Positions 23,487 through 34,122 of a stretch of 64,000 bases of DNA are shown piece by piece (the stretch's first letter is position 1; every line of letters starts with the position of its first letter). The translations under genes were made by a program, and so were the position numbers. The stretch comes from Candidatus Saccharimonadota bacterium (GTDB lineage Bacteria; Patescibacteriota; Saccharimonadia; Saccharimonadales; Saccharimonadaceae), in assembly GCA_027492735.1 (NCBI GenBank), contig JAPUEE010000005.1, positions 65,719 to 129,718 on the forward strand, read 5' to 3'. Below the pieces are notes generated by a model that did no database searches, was not told the DNA's origin, and worked only from the letters and a program-made list of their open reading frames with translations.

Positions 23487-25751
23487 ATGGCACAACCAAA
23501 AAATCCAAATCAAAGAAGAAATCCAGGTAATCAACAGGGACAAGGTAATCGCTCGGGTCAAGGACGGCCAAATAGCGGCGGCAATTCTGGTAATCGTGGC
23601 CGAAATCCACAGCAAAATTCTCGCACTCGTCAGGTTGGCAACGCAGCGACTAGTGGAAATACGCAGGTTCAAACCCCCGAGGAGCAGCGGGCCAGATTGC
23701 AACAAGAGGTTGGTCGAAAGGTTATGACTCAGGTGATGGACCGGGTGCGGATGAGAATGGGCGCTAACTCTGGCTCGGCGGCTGATCCTGCATTGTTGCG
23801 TCAGCAGGCTAACTCATTGGCGGCTGACTTTGCGAGCGCTGGCGGCGATGTTGATAAGCTAAAGGGTACTATTGGGCTACTAGATCTCGATGACACGGGC
23901 GTGCAAATGATTGTTGATTTCCTGGCCAATGCCAAACGGGGACTAGAGGTTAGTGATGGGCGACCATTTTATACCGAGGCGCATGATTCGACACAGAAAA
24001 TCATCAATGATCTAGAGAAAACAGGCCGAGCTCGCATCGTTGGTCCAGACGGCAAATTATACGATATGGAACTGATCGCGATTGATAAAACCGAGACGGT
24101 CGATACTATGCCGGATTGTCTCAGTACCGAACTAAAGAACCAACTAGCAGCTAATCAGCAGCTCGATATAGCCGGCACCTATGCTATTGGCGGCGATGCC
24201 GCGCTACTACCAAATATGCTACACGGTGAGATTATCGCCGAAAATAAGTTGCTAGATATCAAGAGAGCCCTAGACTCAGAGGCTGGCAAGCATCTCGACA
24301 TGCCCGGCGGAGGCAAATACACGTATAATCCCATTGCAGCCGACGATAATCGCTTTACAGATCGGTATACTGAATTTGTTAAATCGCCAGCTGGCGCGTA
24401 TCTGATAGAGGAACTCGGCAGTGAACCAATGGTGCTACCAGCTACTGCCTGGTATGCTAATCATCGAACTATTCAGTGGAACCTGCACAAATCGACAGCT
24501 ACTCCTCCAGCCCCGGCACCGGCACCAGCGCCGACACCCGCTAGCGCTAAGCAGCCAGCCATAGAAGTGAAACCTGTTGCAAAGCAGCCAGTTGCTGGCA
24601 GGCCAGTTCCAAAACCTAGCCCAGATCTATTTCGAGCCCCAGGCTCTAAACCACCAGTATCAGCACCGCCATCTCCTGCCGAAGCTGCTGCACCTAGCAA
24701 AAAGGAGCGAAAACAATCGCGAAAACCTGAACCTAGACATTACAGTAGACTTGCCAATGCTCTCGCTAATCTTTTGCACAAAAAAGCCGAAGAAGAACAG
24801 CTGGTGCAATCGGCGCCGACCGAGACGAAAAACCGAATTAATCTCAGAGAAATTTATAATTCAGTTACCGAATACGTAGGGTATAGTGTGCCAGGATCGC
24901 TACTGGGCAATATCAGCGCAGAAGACTTGAGTAACTTGGTCGAATACGGATCGGGGGAGGATAGTTATGGCAAAGTCCGAGGTGAATATTCGACACTGTT
25001 CGCATTGTCTGATGGTATGGGTGGGACTGCTAATGGTGCCGCAGCCAGTCGGCTCACTGTTGAAGCCTTTTTGCAAGATGTTGGTCTGACTAATATCGGA
25101 GACGGCGATAAGATTGAAGATATTGTGATCGCTGCTTGTGAGAAGATGAAACAACGCATAGTTGCTGCTCAGGAAAAAGTCTTCCAATTTAACTTGGAGA
25201 ATAACAGCAATTCGGGAGCTACGGTGGTGGCTGCCGAGGTGATAGGCAATCAATTAGTGTATGGTAGCGTTGGCGATAGCAGTATATTTGTTGTTAGAGA
25301 TGGCAAGTTCATTCTAGTGGCCGGTGATCGCGGGGGTCATAGTAATGAAATCAGGAGCGCTATTGATGGGATGAACATGGAGTTCAATGCCATGCCAGGG
25401 CGTTTGCTGTGGGGAACAACTGTTGATGAGCTCAGCCGCCTAGAGCGATCTGGTGTGGTTTGGGCTAGAGACAGACTCCAGGCTATTAGCAGCTATGATG
25501 ATGTTGGTATTTTTGAACTACAGGACGATGACAGAGTGGTGCTCTGTAGTGATGGTATTATGGGTGACTGGTCCGAGATAGAAGGCTTGAGAAAGGATTC
25601 GCGGTTTGGCGAACAAACTTTGACTAATGAAGAAATCGTTGCCGCTGTCGGGTCGGGAGATCTTTACGAAGCTATGAGACGTTTATTTGGAATTGCTAAA
25701 AAAATCGACGATCGAACTGCGGAAATATTCGATATTAAATTGCAGAGCTAG
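23487..25751 (+). CDS. Protein with disordered Gly/Asn/Arg/Gln-rich N-terminus, PAPAPAP linker and C-terminal PP2C-type Ser/Thr phosphatase domain
   Basis: 754 aa. PP2C motifs are FALSDGMGGTANGAAAS ... ATVVAAEV ... VLCSDGIMG in the last ~260 aa. Confidence 0.7.
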   Translation: MAQPKNPNQRRNPGNQQGQGNRSGQGRPNSGGNSGNRGRNPQQNSRTRQVGNAATSGNTQVQTPEEQRARLQQEVGRKVMTQVMDRVRMRMGANSGSAADPALLRQQANSLAADFASAGGDVDKLKGTIGLLDLDDTGVQMIVDFLANAKRGLEVSDGRPFYTEAHDSTQKIINDLEKTGRARIVGPDGKLYDMELIAIDKTETVDTMPDCLSTELKNQLAANQQLDIAGTYAIGGDAALLPNMLHGEIIAENKLLDIKRALDSEAGKHLDMPGGGKYTYNPIAADDNRFTDRYTEFVKSPAGAYLIEELGSEPMVLPATAWYANHRTIQWNLHKSTATPPAPAPAPAPTPASAKQPAIEVKPVAKQPVAGRPVPKPSPDLFRAPGSKPPVSAPPSPAEAAAPSKKERKQSRKPEPRHYSRLANALANLLHKKAEEEQLVQSAPTETKNRINLREIYNSVTEYVGYSVPGSLLGNISAEDLSNLVEYGSGEDSYGKVRGEYSTLFALSDGMGGTANGAAASRLTVEAFLQDVGLTNIGDGDKIEDIVIAACEKMKQRIVAAQEKVFQFNLENNSNSGATVVAAEVIGNQLVYGSVGDSSIFVVRDGKFILVAGDRGGHSNEIRSAIDGMNMEFNAMPGRLLWGTTVDELSRLERSGVVWARDRLQAISSYDDVGIFELQDDDRVVLCSDGIMGDWSEIEGLRKDSRFGEQTLTNEEIVAAVGSGDLYEAMRRLFGIAKKIDDRTAEIFDIKLQS

Positions 25752-25780
25752 TTTCTATCAGTGACAAAATCCGCCTCTGA

Positions 25781-25789
25781 TGATACAAT
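25781..25789 (+). promoter_or_regulatory. Extended -10 (TGaTACAAT) 6 nt upstream of the dnaG ATG
   Basis: The -10 element ends at 25789 and the ATG is at 25796. Confidence 0.55.
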
Positions 25790-25795
25790 AATCAC

Positions 25796-27580
25796 ATGAA
25801 TGACGCCAAGGAAGAGGTGCGTGCGCGGCTGGCGATCGAAGATGTCATTGGTGAGTATGTACAACTAAAACGATCGGGGCGATATTGGCGTGGCTTGAGC
25901 CCTTTTACGAATGAAAAAACGCCGAGTTTTTATGTGACACCCGAGCGTGATATTTGGCATGATTTTTCATCGAACAAAGGTGGCGACGTGTTCGGTTTTA
26001 TTATGGAGGTAGAAGGCCTCGATTTCCGTGGCGCGCTAGAGCTACTAGCACGCAAAGCGGGTATCGATTTGGCGCAGTACGATAATCGTACGCCGAAAGA
26101 TTTATCGCAGCGCAAAAACCGGATATTTGAGATGAATCACCTAGCGATGAACTATTTCCAACGTGAAATGGTAAAATCCAAACTGGCTCTCGAATACATT
26201 TCGGATAAACGTCATTTGACTCGCGAGACGGTGCTAACCTGGGGCATAGGGTTTGCTCCTGAGAATTCTCAATTAAAATATCTATTACTCGACAAGAAAT
26301 TTACCGAGGCTGAGATCCGTGGGGCAGGACTGGTTGGTGGTCGAGGCGGCGAAATGTTCCGCAGCCGCATGATGATACCGCTGCGTGATGGACAGGGTCA
26401 AGTGGTTGGTTTTACGGGACGAATTATTGGAGATGGAGAGCCAAAATATCTCAACACGCCAGCGACGATTCTCTATGACAAAGGCAGGCAAGTATTTGGT
26501 CTAAATTTCGCGAAAACGGCGATTCGCCAACAAGATTTTACGGTGCTGGTCGAGGGAAATCTCGATGTTATCAGTAGCCACCAGGCTGGCATAGCGAATG
26601 TCGTAGCCTGTGCAGGAACGGCACTGACGCGTGATCATTTGAAATCGCTCAGCCGATTGAGTCACAATATCCGACTATGTTTTGATGGTGATCGGGCTGG
26701 TGTTGCCGCTACCGAGCGGGCGATTGGGCTAGCCGAAGATTTAGAGGTGAAACTGTCAGTTATTAGTCTAGAGGGTGCCAAAGATCCAGATGAATTGATC
26801 CAGGAGAACTCGGCGTTATGGCAGGCGGCTATCGAGCGTCATACACCAGCTGTTGATTGGGTAATTGATCAATACGCTGAACGAGAAGACCTGGCGACCG
26901 CTGACGGCAAAAAGACGCTCGCTACCAAGGCGTTGCGGCTCATACGCAACTTGCGTGATCCCGTCGATCAGGAATTTTATCTGAAAAAAGTCGCACATCT
27001 CACCGATGTATCACTCGCTACATTAATGCAAAAGATGTCATCGACCGGTAGCGCTACTACTCCTTCGCGCCGCATCCTGAAACCGACAAAGGTAACTCGC
27101 CGAGAGTACACCAGGCGTGATGAAAAGTATCTCATCGACAATATTTTAGCTATCGCTCTCAGTCAGCCACGGTTGCGTAGTGTGCTCCATAATCTACCGG
27201 ATACCTATCTGACTGGCACGTCAGGCAAGGCAAAATACTATCTACTTGGCGAGAAAATTGACGTTGATTCTGAGCTAGCTGATACGTTGGCTGAATTAGA
27301 AATTGTGGCTGATCGAGAACTAGACAATGTGGATGAGCGAGTGCTACTTCTCGGCTATCTGCGTGATTTGGAACTATCAAAATTAAAGGCGCGTTTCGAG
27401 CAGCTATCCAGAGAATTGGCATCGTCGCTCGACAGTGGTGGTCATGACAGAGTGGCGATTCTAAATGGGGTAGTTAATGCAATAAAACGAGATCTCAATC
27501 TGCTAGAAAAAACGGGAGCCCGAGACGATTTCGCGGGGCTATTCAAGGTCTGGGATCAGCGCAAAGAGCAAAATACTTAG
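25796..27580 (+). CDS. dnaG: DNA primase
   Basis: 594 aa. N-terminal zinc-ribbon region (GLSPFTNEKTPSFYV) and Toprim motifs (VLVEGNLDVIS ... CFDGDRAG). Confidence 0.9.
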   Translation: MNDAKEEVRARLAIEDVIGEYVQLKRSGRYWRGLSPFTNEKTPSFYVTPERDIWHDFSSNKGGDVFGFIMEVEGLDFRGALELLARKAGIDLAQYDNRTPKDLSQRKNRIFEMNHLAMNYFQREMVKSKLALEYISDKRHLTRETVLTWGIGFAPENSQLKYLLLDKKFTEAEIRGAGLVGGRGGEMFRSRMMIPLRDGQGQVVGFTGRIIGDGEPKYLNTPATILYDKGRQVFGLNFAKTAIRQQDFTVLVEGNLDVISSHQAGIANVVACAGTALTRDHLKSLSRLSHNIRLCFDGDRAGVAATERAIGLAEDLEVKLSVISLEGAKDPDELIQENSALWQAAIERHTPAVDWVIDQYAEREDLATADGKKTLATKALRLIRNLRDPVDQEFYLKKVAHLTDVSLATLMQKMSSTGSATTPSRRILKPTKVTRREYTRRDEKYLIDNILAIALSQPRLRSVLHNLPDTYLTGTSGKAKYYLLGEKIDVDSELADTLAELEIVADRELDNVDERVLLLGYLRDLELSKLKARFEQLSRELASSLDSGGHDRVAILNGVVNAIKRDLNLLEKTGARDDFAGLFKVWDQRKEQNT

Positions 27581-27673
27581 CTGTCTCGGGTCCTGCCGCT
27601 CGGTCCGCCCCTAAAATTTTTTACCTCTGGTAAAAACATTTTGGGCGCTGCCCCGCCTCGCGTCACCCGAGTG

Positions 27674-27682
27674 TGCTACAAT
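27674..27682 (+). promoter_or_regulatory. Extended -10 (TGcTACAAT) 7 nt upstream of the ABC ATPase ATG
   Basis: The -10 element ends at 27682 and the ATG is at 27690. Confidence 0.55.
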
Positions 27683-27689
27683 AAAACGT

Positions 27690-28421
27690 ATGAATAATAT
27701 TATTGAGATCAAAAATTTTACGATGAAATTCGGTGACAAGGCCGTCATTGATAATTTGAGTTTCGATGTGCGACAGGGTGAGACATTCGGGTTTCTCGGG
27801 AGCAACGGATCGGGCAAGACAACGACGCTTCGAGCGCTACTCGGTATCTATGAGCCAACGGCAGGTAGTCTTCTCATCAAAGGCAAGCCGTATGCGGTAG
27901 ATGGAGACGTAAAAATCGGCTACTTGCCAGAAGAGCGTGGTCTCTATAAAAAAGAGACGGTGATTGATACGATGGTCTATTTTGGAAAGCTGAAAGGCAT
28001 GACAAAGATGGCGGCGAACGATTTTTCTCTGAGCTATTTGGAGCGAGTAGGTTTGGCTGATCACGCTGGTATGCGACTCGATAAACTTTCGGGTGGGCAA
28101 CAGCAAAAAGTCCAGCTCGGCATCACTATTATGGATGACCCGGAGCTGCTGATTCTGGACGAGCCGACCAAGGGTTTCGATCCAGTCAATAGACGACTTC
28201 TCATGGAGATCATTGATGATTACCAGCATCGCGGCACGACAGTGGTGATGGTGACGCACCAAATGGAAGAAGTCGAACGTTTGTGCGATCGAATCTTGCT
28301 CCTAAAAGACGGCCACGCCAAAGAGTACGGCACGGTAAAGGCAGTTCGGAAAAAATATGATGGCGCCCATATGGATGATATTTTCGTGAAAATTTATGAA
28401 GAGTCGGGAGGAAATGAATAA
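27690..28421 (+). CDS. ABC transporter ATP-binding protein
   Basis: Walker A GSNGSGKTT, signature LSGGQQQK, Walker B LLILDEPT. Confidence 0.9.
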   Translation: MNNIIEIKNFTMKFGDKAVIDNLSFDVRQGETFGFLGSNGSGKTTTLRALLGIYEPTAGSLLIKGKPYAVDGDVKIGYLPEERGLYKKETVIDTMVYFGKLKGMTKMAANDFSLSYLERVGLADHAGMRLDKLSGGQQQKVQLGITIMDDPELLILDEPTKGFDPVNRRLLMEIIDDYQHRGTTVVMVTHQMEEVERLCDRILLLKDGHAKEYGTVKAVRKKYDGAHMDDIFVKIYEESGGNE

Positions 28422-29653
28422 TGGCACGCGCAAAACGCCCGATATTCGGTCACAACTTTAGCACGGTGTTTGCTTTTGAAGTAATTCGAACGCTCAAAAA
28501 GAAATCATTTTGGCTCGCGATCATTGCTTTTCCGTTACTCATCGTAGCAGTGTTCGCGGTAGTTTTTTGGTCGAACCAACAGGCTAGCGAAGCTGACAAA
28601 GATCTTGCTAGTCAACGTTTCTCGATAGGAATCACGGATAGTAGTGGTGTCATTCCGAGCGATGTTGTTCATACTATTGGTGCGACATCTATTGCGACGC
28701 GAGCTGAGGGCATTGAAAAGGTGAAATCGGGGAAATTAGACGCTTTCTTTTATTACCCAGAGAGCTTGTCAAAAAACAAGGTCGAGGTCTATGGCCAAAA
28801 CGTAGGAATTTTTCAAAATAGCCGCTATCAATCAGTGGCGCAGACACTGCTCGAGCAATCTGCTATGGTGCAAACGAAGCCAGATGTAGCAACCATCTTG
28901 AAAGGTAATGTTGCCTACAATAGCACGACGTATCGAGAGGGTGAGGTGTATGACCCGATGGCCGAAATGATCGTCCCGGGAATATTCTTGGTGCTACTCT
29001 ATGTCATCATTGCTATTTTCGGTAGTCAAATGCTGAATGCAACGGTCGAGGAAAAAGAGAATCGCGTCATGGAGATTATTCTCACGACTATCAAATCGAG
29101 GACACTGATTATCGGTAAAATCTTTGCTATGCTGGCTTTGATTTTGATACAAGTAGTCGTCATCATTGGTCTCATATTAATTGCCTATTTACTGCTACGG
29201 GGTCATCTATCTCTACCGGATATTGATCTATCGCATTTGGTATTTAACTGGCCGAGAATTATCGCAGCCGCGGCGTTATTTATGGGGAGTATATTGCTAC
29301 TCTCTGGTCTCATGGTGGCGATTGGCGCAGCGGTGCCGACAGCCAAAGAAGCAGGGCAGTTTTTTGGTGTCGTGATAACGATGATATTTGTACCACTCTA
29401 TGCTGCACCATTGTTTGTTACCAGTCCAGATTCATTGGCGGTTACATTACTGACTTTCTTTCCGCTCACCGCGCCGATCCCACTACTCATTAGGAATGCG
29501 ATCGGCAACCTAGGTTCGGCAGAAACAATTATAGGTGTGGTCATGCTATTTATATGTGCCGCCATCATATTCGTTATCGCCGCACGTCTCTTCCAAACTG
29601 GGGCAGTAGAGTACAGTAAAAAGATGTCTCTAAAGAGTCTCATTAGACGATAA
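28421..29653 (+). CDS. ABC-2-type transporter permease
   Basis: 410 aa. ATG overlaps the ATPase stop. One N-terminal TM helix, an extracytoplasmic loop and about 5 C-terminal TM helices. Confidence 0.75.
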   Translation: MARAKRPIFGHNFSTVFAFEVIRTLKKKSFWLAIIAFPLLIVAVFAVVFWSNQQASEADKDLASQRFSIGITDSSGVIPSDVVHTIGATSIATRAEGIEKVKSGKLDAFFYYPESLSKNKVEVYGQNVGIFQNSRYQSVAQTLLEQSAMVQTKPDVATILKGNVAYNSTTYREGEVYDPMAEMIVPGIFLVLLYVIIAIFGSQMLNATVEEKENRVMEIILTTIKSRTLIIGKIFAMLALILIQVVVIIGLILIAYLLLRGHLSLPDIDLSHLVFNWPRIIAAAALFMGSILLLSGLMVAIGAAVPTAKEAGQFFGVVITMIFVPLYAAPLFVTSPDSLAVTLLTFFPLTAPIPLLIRNAIGNLGSAETIIGVVMLFICAAIIFVIAARLFQTGAVEYSKKMSLKSLIRR

Positions 29654-29837
29654 ATCTGAACACATTTATTACATACATAAAATATTTTTTGCATCATCAG
29701 CTAATTCGTGATATAATTTTGTTCAAGCGAGAATAGCGCGTTTTGATTTGCGCTCGCCGACTAAATCACGATATGTGCGCGGCGATCTATAAAACCTCAA
29801 AATTTACATAAACTGGGATAGCTAACATGATAGGAGT

Positions 29838-30938
29838 TTGATGAGGGAAGAAGACGAAGTTTTAAACGACGAGCTAGAATTTACAGAGGACGAACCGGAT
29901 CTCAGTGATCTCGATGAAGGCGATGATTTAGCTGATGACGCAGTAATCGAGCCGAGTGACTTTGATGAAATGACCGACGATAGCGTGCGGGTTTATTTGC
30001 GTGAGATCGGCCGTATTCCACTACTGACTCAGGATGAGGAAAACGACTTGGCTGCGAAAATTGTCGCTAATGTTGAGCCACTAGCCGAAGCCGAAGCTAG
30101 TCTGCAGGAACTCAAAGAACAACTGAAAGATGCTGGCCTTAGCCCAGACAAACGTACCAAGCTAAAGAGTCGTCGCGACACATTGCAGGCAAAGGCTAAA
30201 AAACTCAAGAAACCTAAAGACCAGATGGCCGAAGCTAATATGCGACTAGTAGTGTCGATTGCAAAACGGTATAGCAATCGCGGCTTGGACTTTCTCGATC
30301 TGATTCAAGAGGGCAATACTGGACTGCTCCGTGCTGTTGAAAAATTCGATCCAGACAAAGGTTTTAAATTCAGTACCTACGCTACCTGGTGGATTCGTCA
30401 GGCAATTACTCGCGCGATTGCGGACCAGGCTCGTACTATTCGTATTCCAGTTCATATGGTCGAAACTATCAACAAATTACTTCGAACACAACGCAAGCTC
30501 ACGCAGGAGTTGAATCGCGAACCAACGATCGATGAGCTCGCCGAGGCTCTCGACGAAACACCCGATAAAATAAAATATGTGTTCAAGATCAAACAGGACA
30601 TCCAGAGTCTCGACGCTAACATCGGTGGTAGTGACGATGATGATAGCTCAGAGCTCGGTAATTTTGTCGAAGACGATTCCATGATTAAGCCCGAAGAGGC
30701 CGCAGCCGGACAATTGCTTCGTGAACAGGTGCTCGATGTCGTAAATGGGCTGAATGATCGCGAGAAGAAAATTATCAAGATGCGATTTGGACTGGATGGT
30801 GATCGACCACATACCCTCGAGGAAGTTGGCGCAGAATTTGCGGTGACGCGTGAGCGCATCCGTCAAATTGAGGCCAAAGCCCTCAACAAATTGCGCAAAC
30901 ACAAGGACACACGCAAGCTCTATGACTACATCCAGTAA
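29838..30938 (+). CDS. rpoD: RNA polymerase sigma factor RpoD (sigma-70 family, primary-like)
   Basis: Region 2 ([27 protein letters not shown]) and region 4 ([20 protein letters not shown]). TTG at 29838 or ATG at 29841 follows TAGGAG. Confidence 0.9.
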   Translation: MMREEDEVLNDELEFTEDEPDLSDLDEGDDLADDAVIEPSDFDEMTDDSVRVYLREIGRIPLLTQDEENDLAAKIVANVEPLAEAEASLQELKEQLKDAGLSPDKRTKLKSRRDTLQAKAKKLKKPKDQMAEANMRLVVSIAKRYSNRGLDFLDLIQEGNTGLLRAVEKFDPDKGFKFSTYATWWIRQAITRAIADQARTIRIPVHMVETINKLLRTQRKLTQELNREPTIDELAEALDETPDKIKYVFKIKQDIQSLDANIGGSDDDDSSELGNFVEDDSMIKPEEAAAGQLLREQVLDVVNGLNDREKKIIKMRFGLDGDRPHTLEEVGAEFAVTRERIRQIEAKALNKLRKHKDTRKLYDYIQ

Positions 30939-31485
30939 TCTCCCGCTGATCGGAATTTCTGGAACATTTGCGAGTGGCAAAGATACCATTGCCGAGTTTC
31001 TCGTGCGAGATTTTGGCTACACCCACATTTCGACGGGAGACATGGTGCGTAAAGTTGCTATGAACAATTATGGCTCGATTGAGCGTCCAATACTGGTAAA
31101 GACGGCAACGGAATTGCGCTACGACAACGGTGCAGGCGCGCTGGTCGACGAGGCGTTAAAGGAACCTCGACCACTAGTAATCACGGGCATTCGTAGTCTT
31201 GGTGAAGCTAAAGCCCTAAAAGCAGCTGGCGGTACATTGCTATTTGTCGATGCGCCAATCGAAGTCCGCTATGAGCGCATCAAGTCTCGTGCGCGTGACA
31301 ACGAAACCTTACTAACACTCGATCAGTTTCGGGACAATGAAGAAAAGGAAATGTACGCTGGACCGAATGATGAAGACTTTAATATTCGTGGTATCGGCGA
31401 GATGGCGGACATTCATATCGAAAACACGTTACCTCTCGAACAGTACATTTCACTGGCGTATGGCAAGCTCGGTTTATCTAAATAA
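30922..31485 (+). CDS. P-loop nucleotide kinase-like protein (CoaE / dNMP-kinase-like)
   Basis: ATG at 30922 overlaps the rpoD end. P-loop [13 protein letters not shown]. 187 aa. Substrate unknown. Confidence 0.5.
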   Translation: MTTSSNLPLIGISGTFASGKDTIAEFLVRDFGYTHISTGDMVRKVAMNNYGSIERPILVKTATELRYDNGAGALVDEALKEPRPLVITGIRSLGEAKALKAAGGTLLFVDAPIEVRYERIKSRARDNETLLTLDQFRDNEEKEMYAGPNDEDFNIRGIGEMADIHIENTLPLEQYISLAYGKLGLSK

Positions 31486-31509
31486 TCTGTAACGTAGTAG
31501 AATAGGTGT

Positions 31510-34080
31510 ATGACTGGGATCACTTCGCCCAAAAAATTTGTTCTGATTGATGGAAAATCAGTATTTTATCGGGGCTACTATGCGATGCCGAATCTATCGA
31601 TGCGCGACGGTACGCCGACGGGCGGTGTCTATGGCTTTGCGTCGCTGGCTCTCGAATTATTACGCCAGATCCAGCCGGATTATGTGGCAGTGGCCTGGGA
31701 TAAACCCAAGACGAATATTCGCCGCCGCCTAGAAATTTACGATAAATACAAAGCTAATCGCAAACCAGCACCGCCAGATTTTTATGCGCAGATTCCGCTT
31801 CTCCACGAGCTGCTAGAGGCGTTTGGCTGGCCACTCTACGAGCTAGACGACTATGAGGCAGACGACATCATGGGAACGCTGAGCGTACAGGCTAATGCCC
31901 AAGGGATTCATACAGTAATGATTAGTTCTGATCTCGATATGCTACAGGTAGTCGATAGCGATACCGAGCTTTATGCTCTGAAAAAAGGTCTCGCAAATCT
32001 CGAAAAGTTTGATGTGCCGGCCTTTGAATCTAAATATGGACTAAAAGTGACGCAGTTTTTGGATCTCAAGAGTCTGAAAGGTGATACGAGCGATAATATC
32101 CCAGGTGTACCTGGAATTGGCGAGAAAACAGCCGTCGCATTACTCCAGCAATTTGGCACCCTAGACGCTGTGTATGAACATCTGGATCAAATAAAACCGG
32201 CATGGCGCAGTAAACTAGAATCTGGACGAGAAGCTGCCTTGATGTCACGAGAGCTAGCGAAAATCTGGTGTGATGCGCCGCTGACGTTAGATCTGGCAGC
32301 GGTAGATGCGCATAATCTCGATCCTGCTAAACTGCGGGCTAATCTGGAAAAGCTAGAATTTACGTCGCTCATCCGTCGGTTGCCTGATTATATGCGCGAC
32401 AATACAGGAGAAAGTAGTACGACAGAGATCGCTGAGGCGACCATTCAGGAGTCTAACGAGCCTGCACGAGTGCTGCTCCAAATGTCGGATGAACTAGTGG
32501 CGGTGGTTGCTGGCGAAAATCTCTATCTCAGCGCCACAGACGATTCGGCAATCAAGATACCAGTGAAAGATGGCGCTGAGCTGTTGCAGACAAAGAAGAT
32601 TATTGCTCACGATACGAAAACTCTTGCAGAAACGTTATTGCGCTACCAGCCCACACTCGATTTTGAGGTACAGTTCGATACAAAACTGACAGCCTTTTTG
32701 CTCGATTCTTTGCGAAAAGCACCGACTATCGAAGAGGCAGTAGGATGGCTCGATATGGACGAAGAGGGCAATCTGATCGGATTAACACCGGGTCAACAAG
32801 TGTCGGCGATCTGGTCGCTCTATCGATCGCAGCGCGAGGAGCTGGCCAAGTATGCTATATTGCATAAACTAGCCCGAGAGGTAGATTTTCCTCTACAGCT
32901 ACTGCTTGCGCGCATAGAACGACGTGGTGTGAAACTCGATACTTCGGATCTCGCAACTATGAGTCAAGAACTCAGTGAACGAATAGCGGCGGTGGAGCAG
33001 GAGATTTGGTCTCTGGTTGGCTACGAATTTAATATCGGCAGTGCCCCTCAATTGTCCGAAGCGTTGTTTACTAAATTACAGCTTCCGACGGCTGGTATCA
33101 AACGATCGGCCAGGGGGTATTACTCAACAGGCAAGAAAGAGCTCGATAAACTGCATGGCCAACATCCGATTATTGCTAAAATAACGGAGATTCGTGAACT
33201 CATGAAAATGAAAAACACCTATGTTGATGTATTGCCGACTTTGATCGATGACGAAGGGTATCTACATACGGATTTTCGTCAAGATGTTGCGGCGACAGGT
33301 AGGCTCAGTTCAAGCAATCCAAATCTTCAGAATATTCCTATTCGCACTGAGCTAGGTCAGCGTGTTAGAGGAGCATTCGTTGCAAGCCCGGGCAAGGTGT
33401 TAGTGAGCGCCGACTATTCGCAGTTTGAGCTACGACTAGCAGCAGCGATGGCGGGCGATACAAACCTCATCGAAGATTTTCAGGATGATAGCGTTGATAT
33501 CCACACGAAAACGGCAGCTGAGGCGTATGGCGTATCGTTTGATGATGTTACGCCAGAGATGCGACGTCACGCCAAGGTTATTAACTTTGGCGTGCTATAT
33601 GGCATGAGTCCACATGGTCTATCTGTTGCCACAGGTATGACTATTACGAGCGCCAAAGAATTTATTGATCGCTACTTTACTGTGCGAAAGCCCATTCGAG
33701 ATTTCCTCGATCGGACAATCCATCTAGCAGAGACCGAAGGCTATGTGGAAACGCTATTTGGACGTCGTCGACCAACACCGGACGTCAAATCGAGTAATTT
33801 TATGGTACGCGAAGCTGCTAAACGAGCGGCTGCTAATATGCCCATCCAGGGAACAGAAGCTGATTTGATGAAAATGGCCATGCTCAGAGTAGAGCGTGAA
33901 CTCGGTACGCTATGTCAGCAAATTCTCCAGATTCATGATAGCATTCTCGTAGAGTGCGCACCCGATGATCTGGATAAAGTCACTAAATCGCTGAAACATA
34001 TGATGGAAAATATTTATCCCGAGCTCGGTGTGCGATTAAAAGTGGACGTAAAGAGCGGCAAATCGTGGGCAGATTTGTAG
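31510..34080 (+). CDS. polA: DNA polymerase I
   Basis: 856 aa. The 5'-3' exonuclease N-terminus has GDTSDNIPGVPGIGEKTA. Polymerase motifs are DYSQFELRLAA, RRHAKVINFGVLYGMS and QIHDS. TAGAAT -10 lies 6 nt upstream of the ATG. Confidence 0.95.
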   Translation: MTGITSPKKFVLIDGKSVFYRGYYAMPNLSMRDGTPTGGVYGFASLALELLRQIQPDYVAVAWDKPKTNIRRRLEIYDKYKANRKPAPPDFYAQIPLLHELLEAFGWPLYELDDYEADDIMGTLSVQANAQGIHTVMISSDLDMLQVVDSDTELYALKKGLANLEKFDVPAFESKYGLKVTQFLDLKSLKGDTSDNIPGVPGIGEKTAVALLQQFGTLDAVYEHLDQIKPAWRSKLESGREAALMSRELAKIWCDAPLTLDLAAVDAHNLDPAKLRANLEKLEFTSLIRRLPDYMRDNTGESSTTEIAEATIQESNEPARVLLQMSDELVAVVAGENLYLSATDDSAIKIPVKDGAELLQTKKIIAHDTKTLAETLLRYQPTLDFEVQFDTKLTAFLLDSLRKAPTIEEAVGWLDMDEEGNLIGLTPGQQVSAIWSLYRSQREELAKYAILHKLAREVDFPLQLLLARIERRGVKLDTSDLATMSQELSERIAAVEQEIWSLVGYEFNIGSAPQLSEALFTKLQLPTAGIKRSARGYYSTGKKELDKLHGQHPIIAKITEIRELMKMKNTYVDVLPTLIDDEGYLHTDFRQDVAATGRLSSSNPNLQNIPIRTELGQRVRGAFVASPGKVLVSADYSQFELRLAAAMAGDTNLIEDFQDDSVDIHTKTAAEAYGVSFDDVTPEMRRHAKVINFGVLYGMSPHGLSVATGMTITSAKEFIDRYFTVRKPIRDFLDRTIHLAETEGYVETLFGRRRPTPDVKSSNFMVREAAKRAAANMPIQGTEADLMKMAMLRVERELGTLCQQILQIHDSILVECAPDDLDKVTKSLKHMMENIYPELGVRLKVDVKSGKSWADL

Positions 34081-34087
34081 ACATTCT

Positions 34088-34116
34088 TTGACTTTTTATT
34101 GGTTTAGTGGTAAAAT
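34088..34116 (+). promoter_or_regulatory. Promoter TTGACT-14 nt-TGgTAAAAT, -10 ends 6 nt before the ATG at 34123
   Basis: TTGACT at 34088-34093, extended -10 at 34108-34116. Confidence 0.55.
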
Positions 34117-34122
34117 AAAGAT

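Noticed and set aside
24490-24720. The PAPAPAPAP / Pro-Ala-Lys-rich stretch in the PP2C protein and the P/S/T-rich stretch at 5,340-5,640 as tandem-repeat elements.
   Set aside because: These are low-complexity linkers inside continuous ORFs. They have no unit periodicity at the DNA level beyond a few codons.
27586-27668. Roughly 80-bp imperfect palindrome between dnaG and the ABC operon. It has GC-rich arms around the AT-rich core TTTTTACC-tct-GGTAAAAA. I considered it as a third copy of the GC-rich mini-element.
   Set aside because: Its arms do not align with the argS and ychF module beyond short CGCG-containing strings. Its position after dnaG fits a terminator or insulator hairpin.
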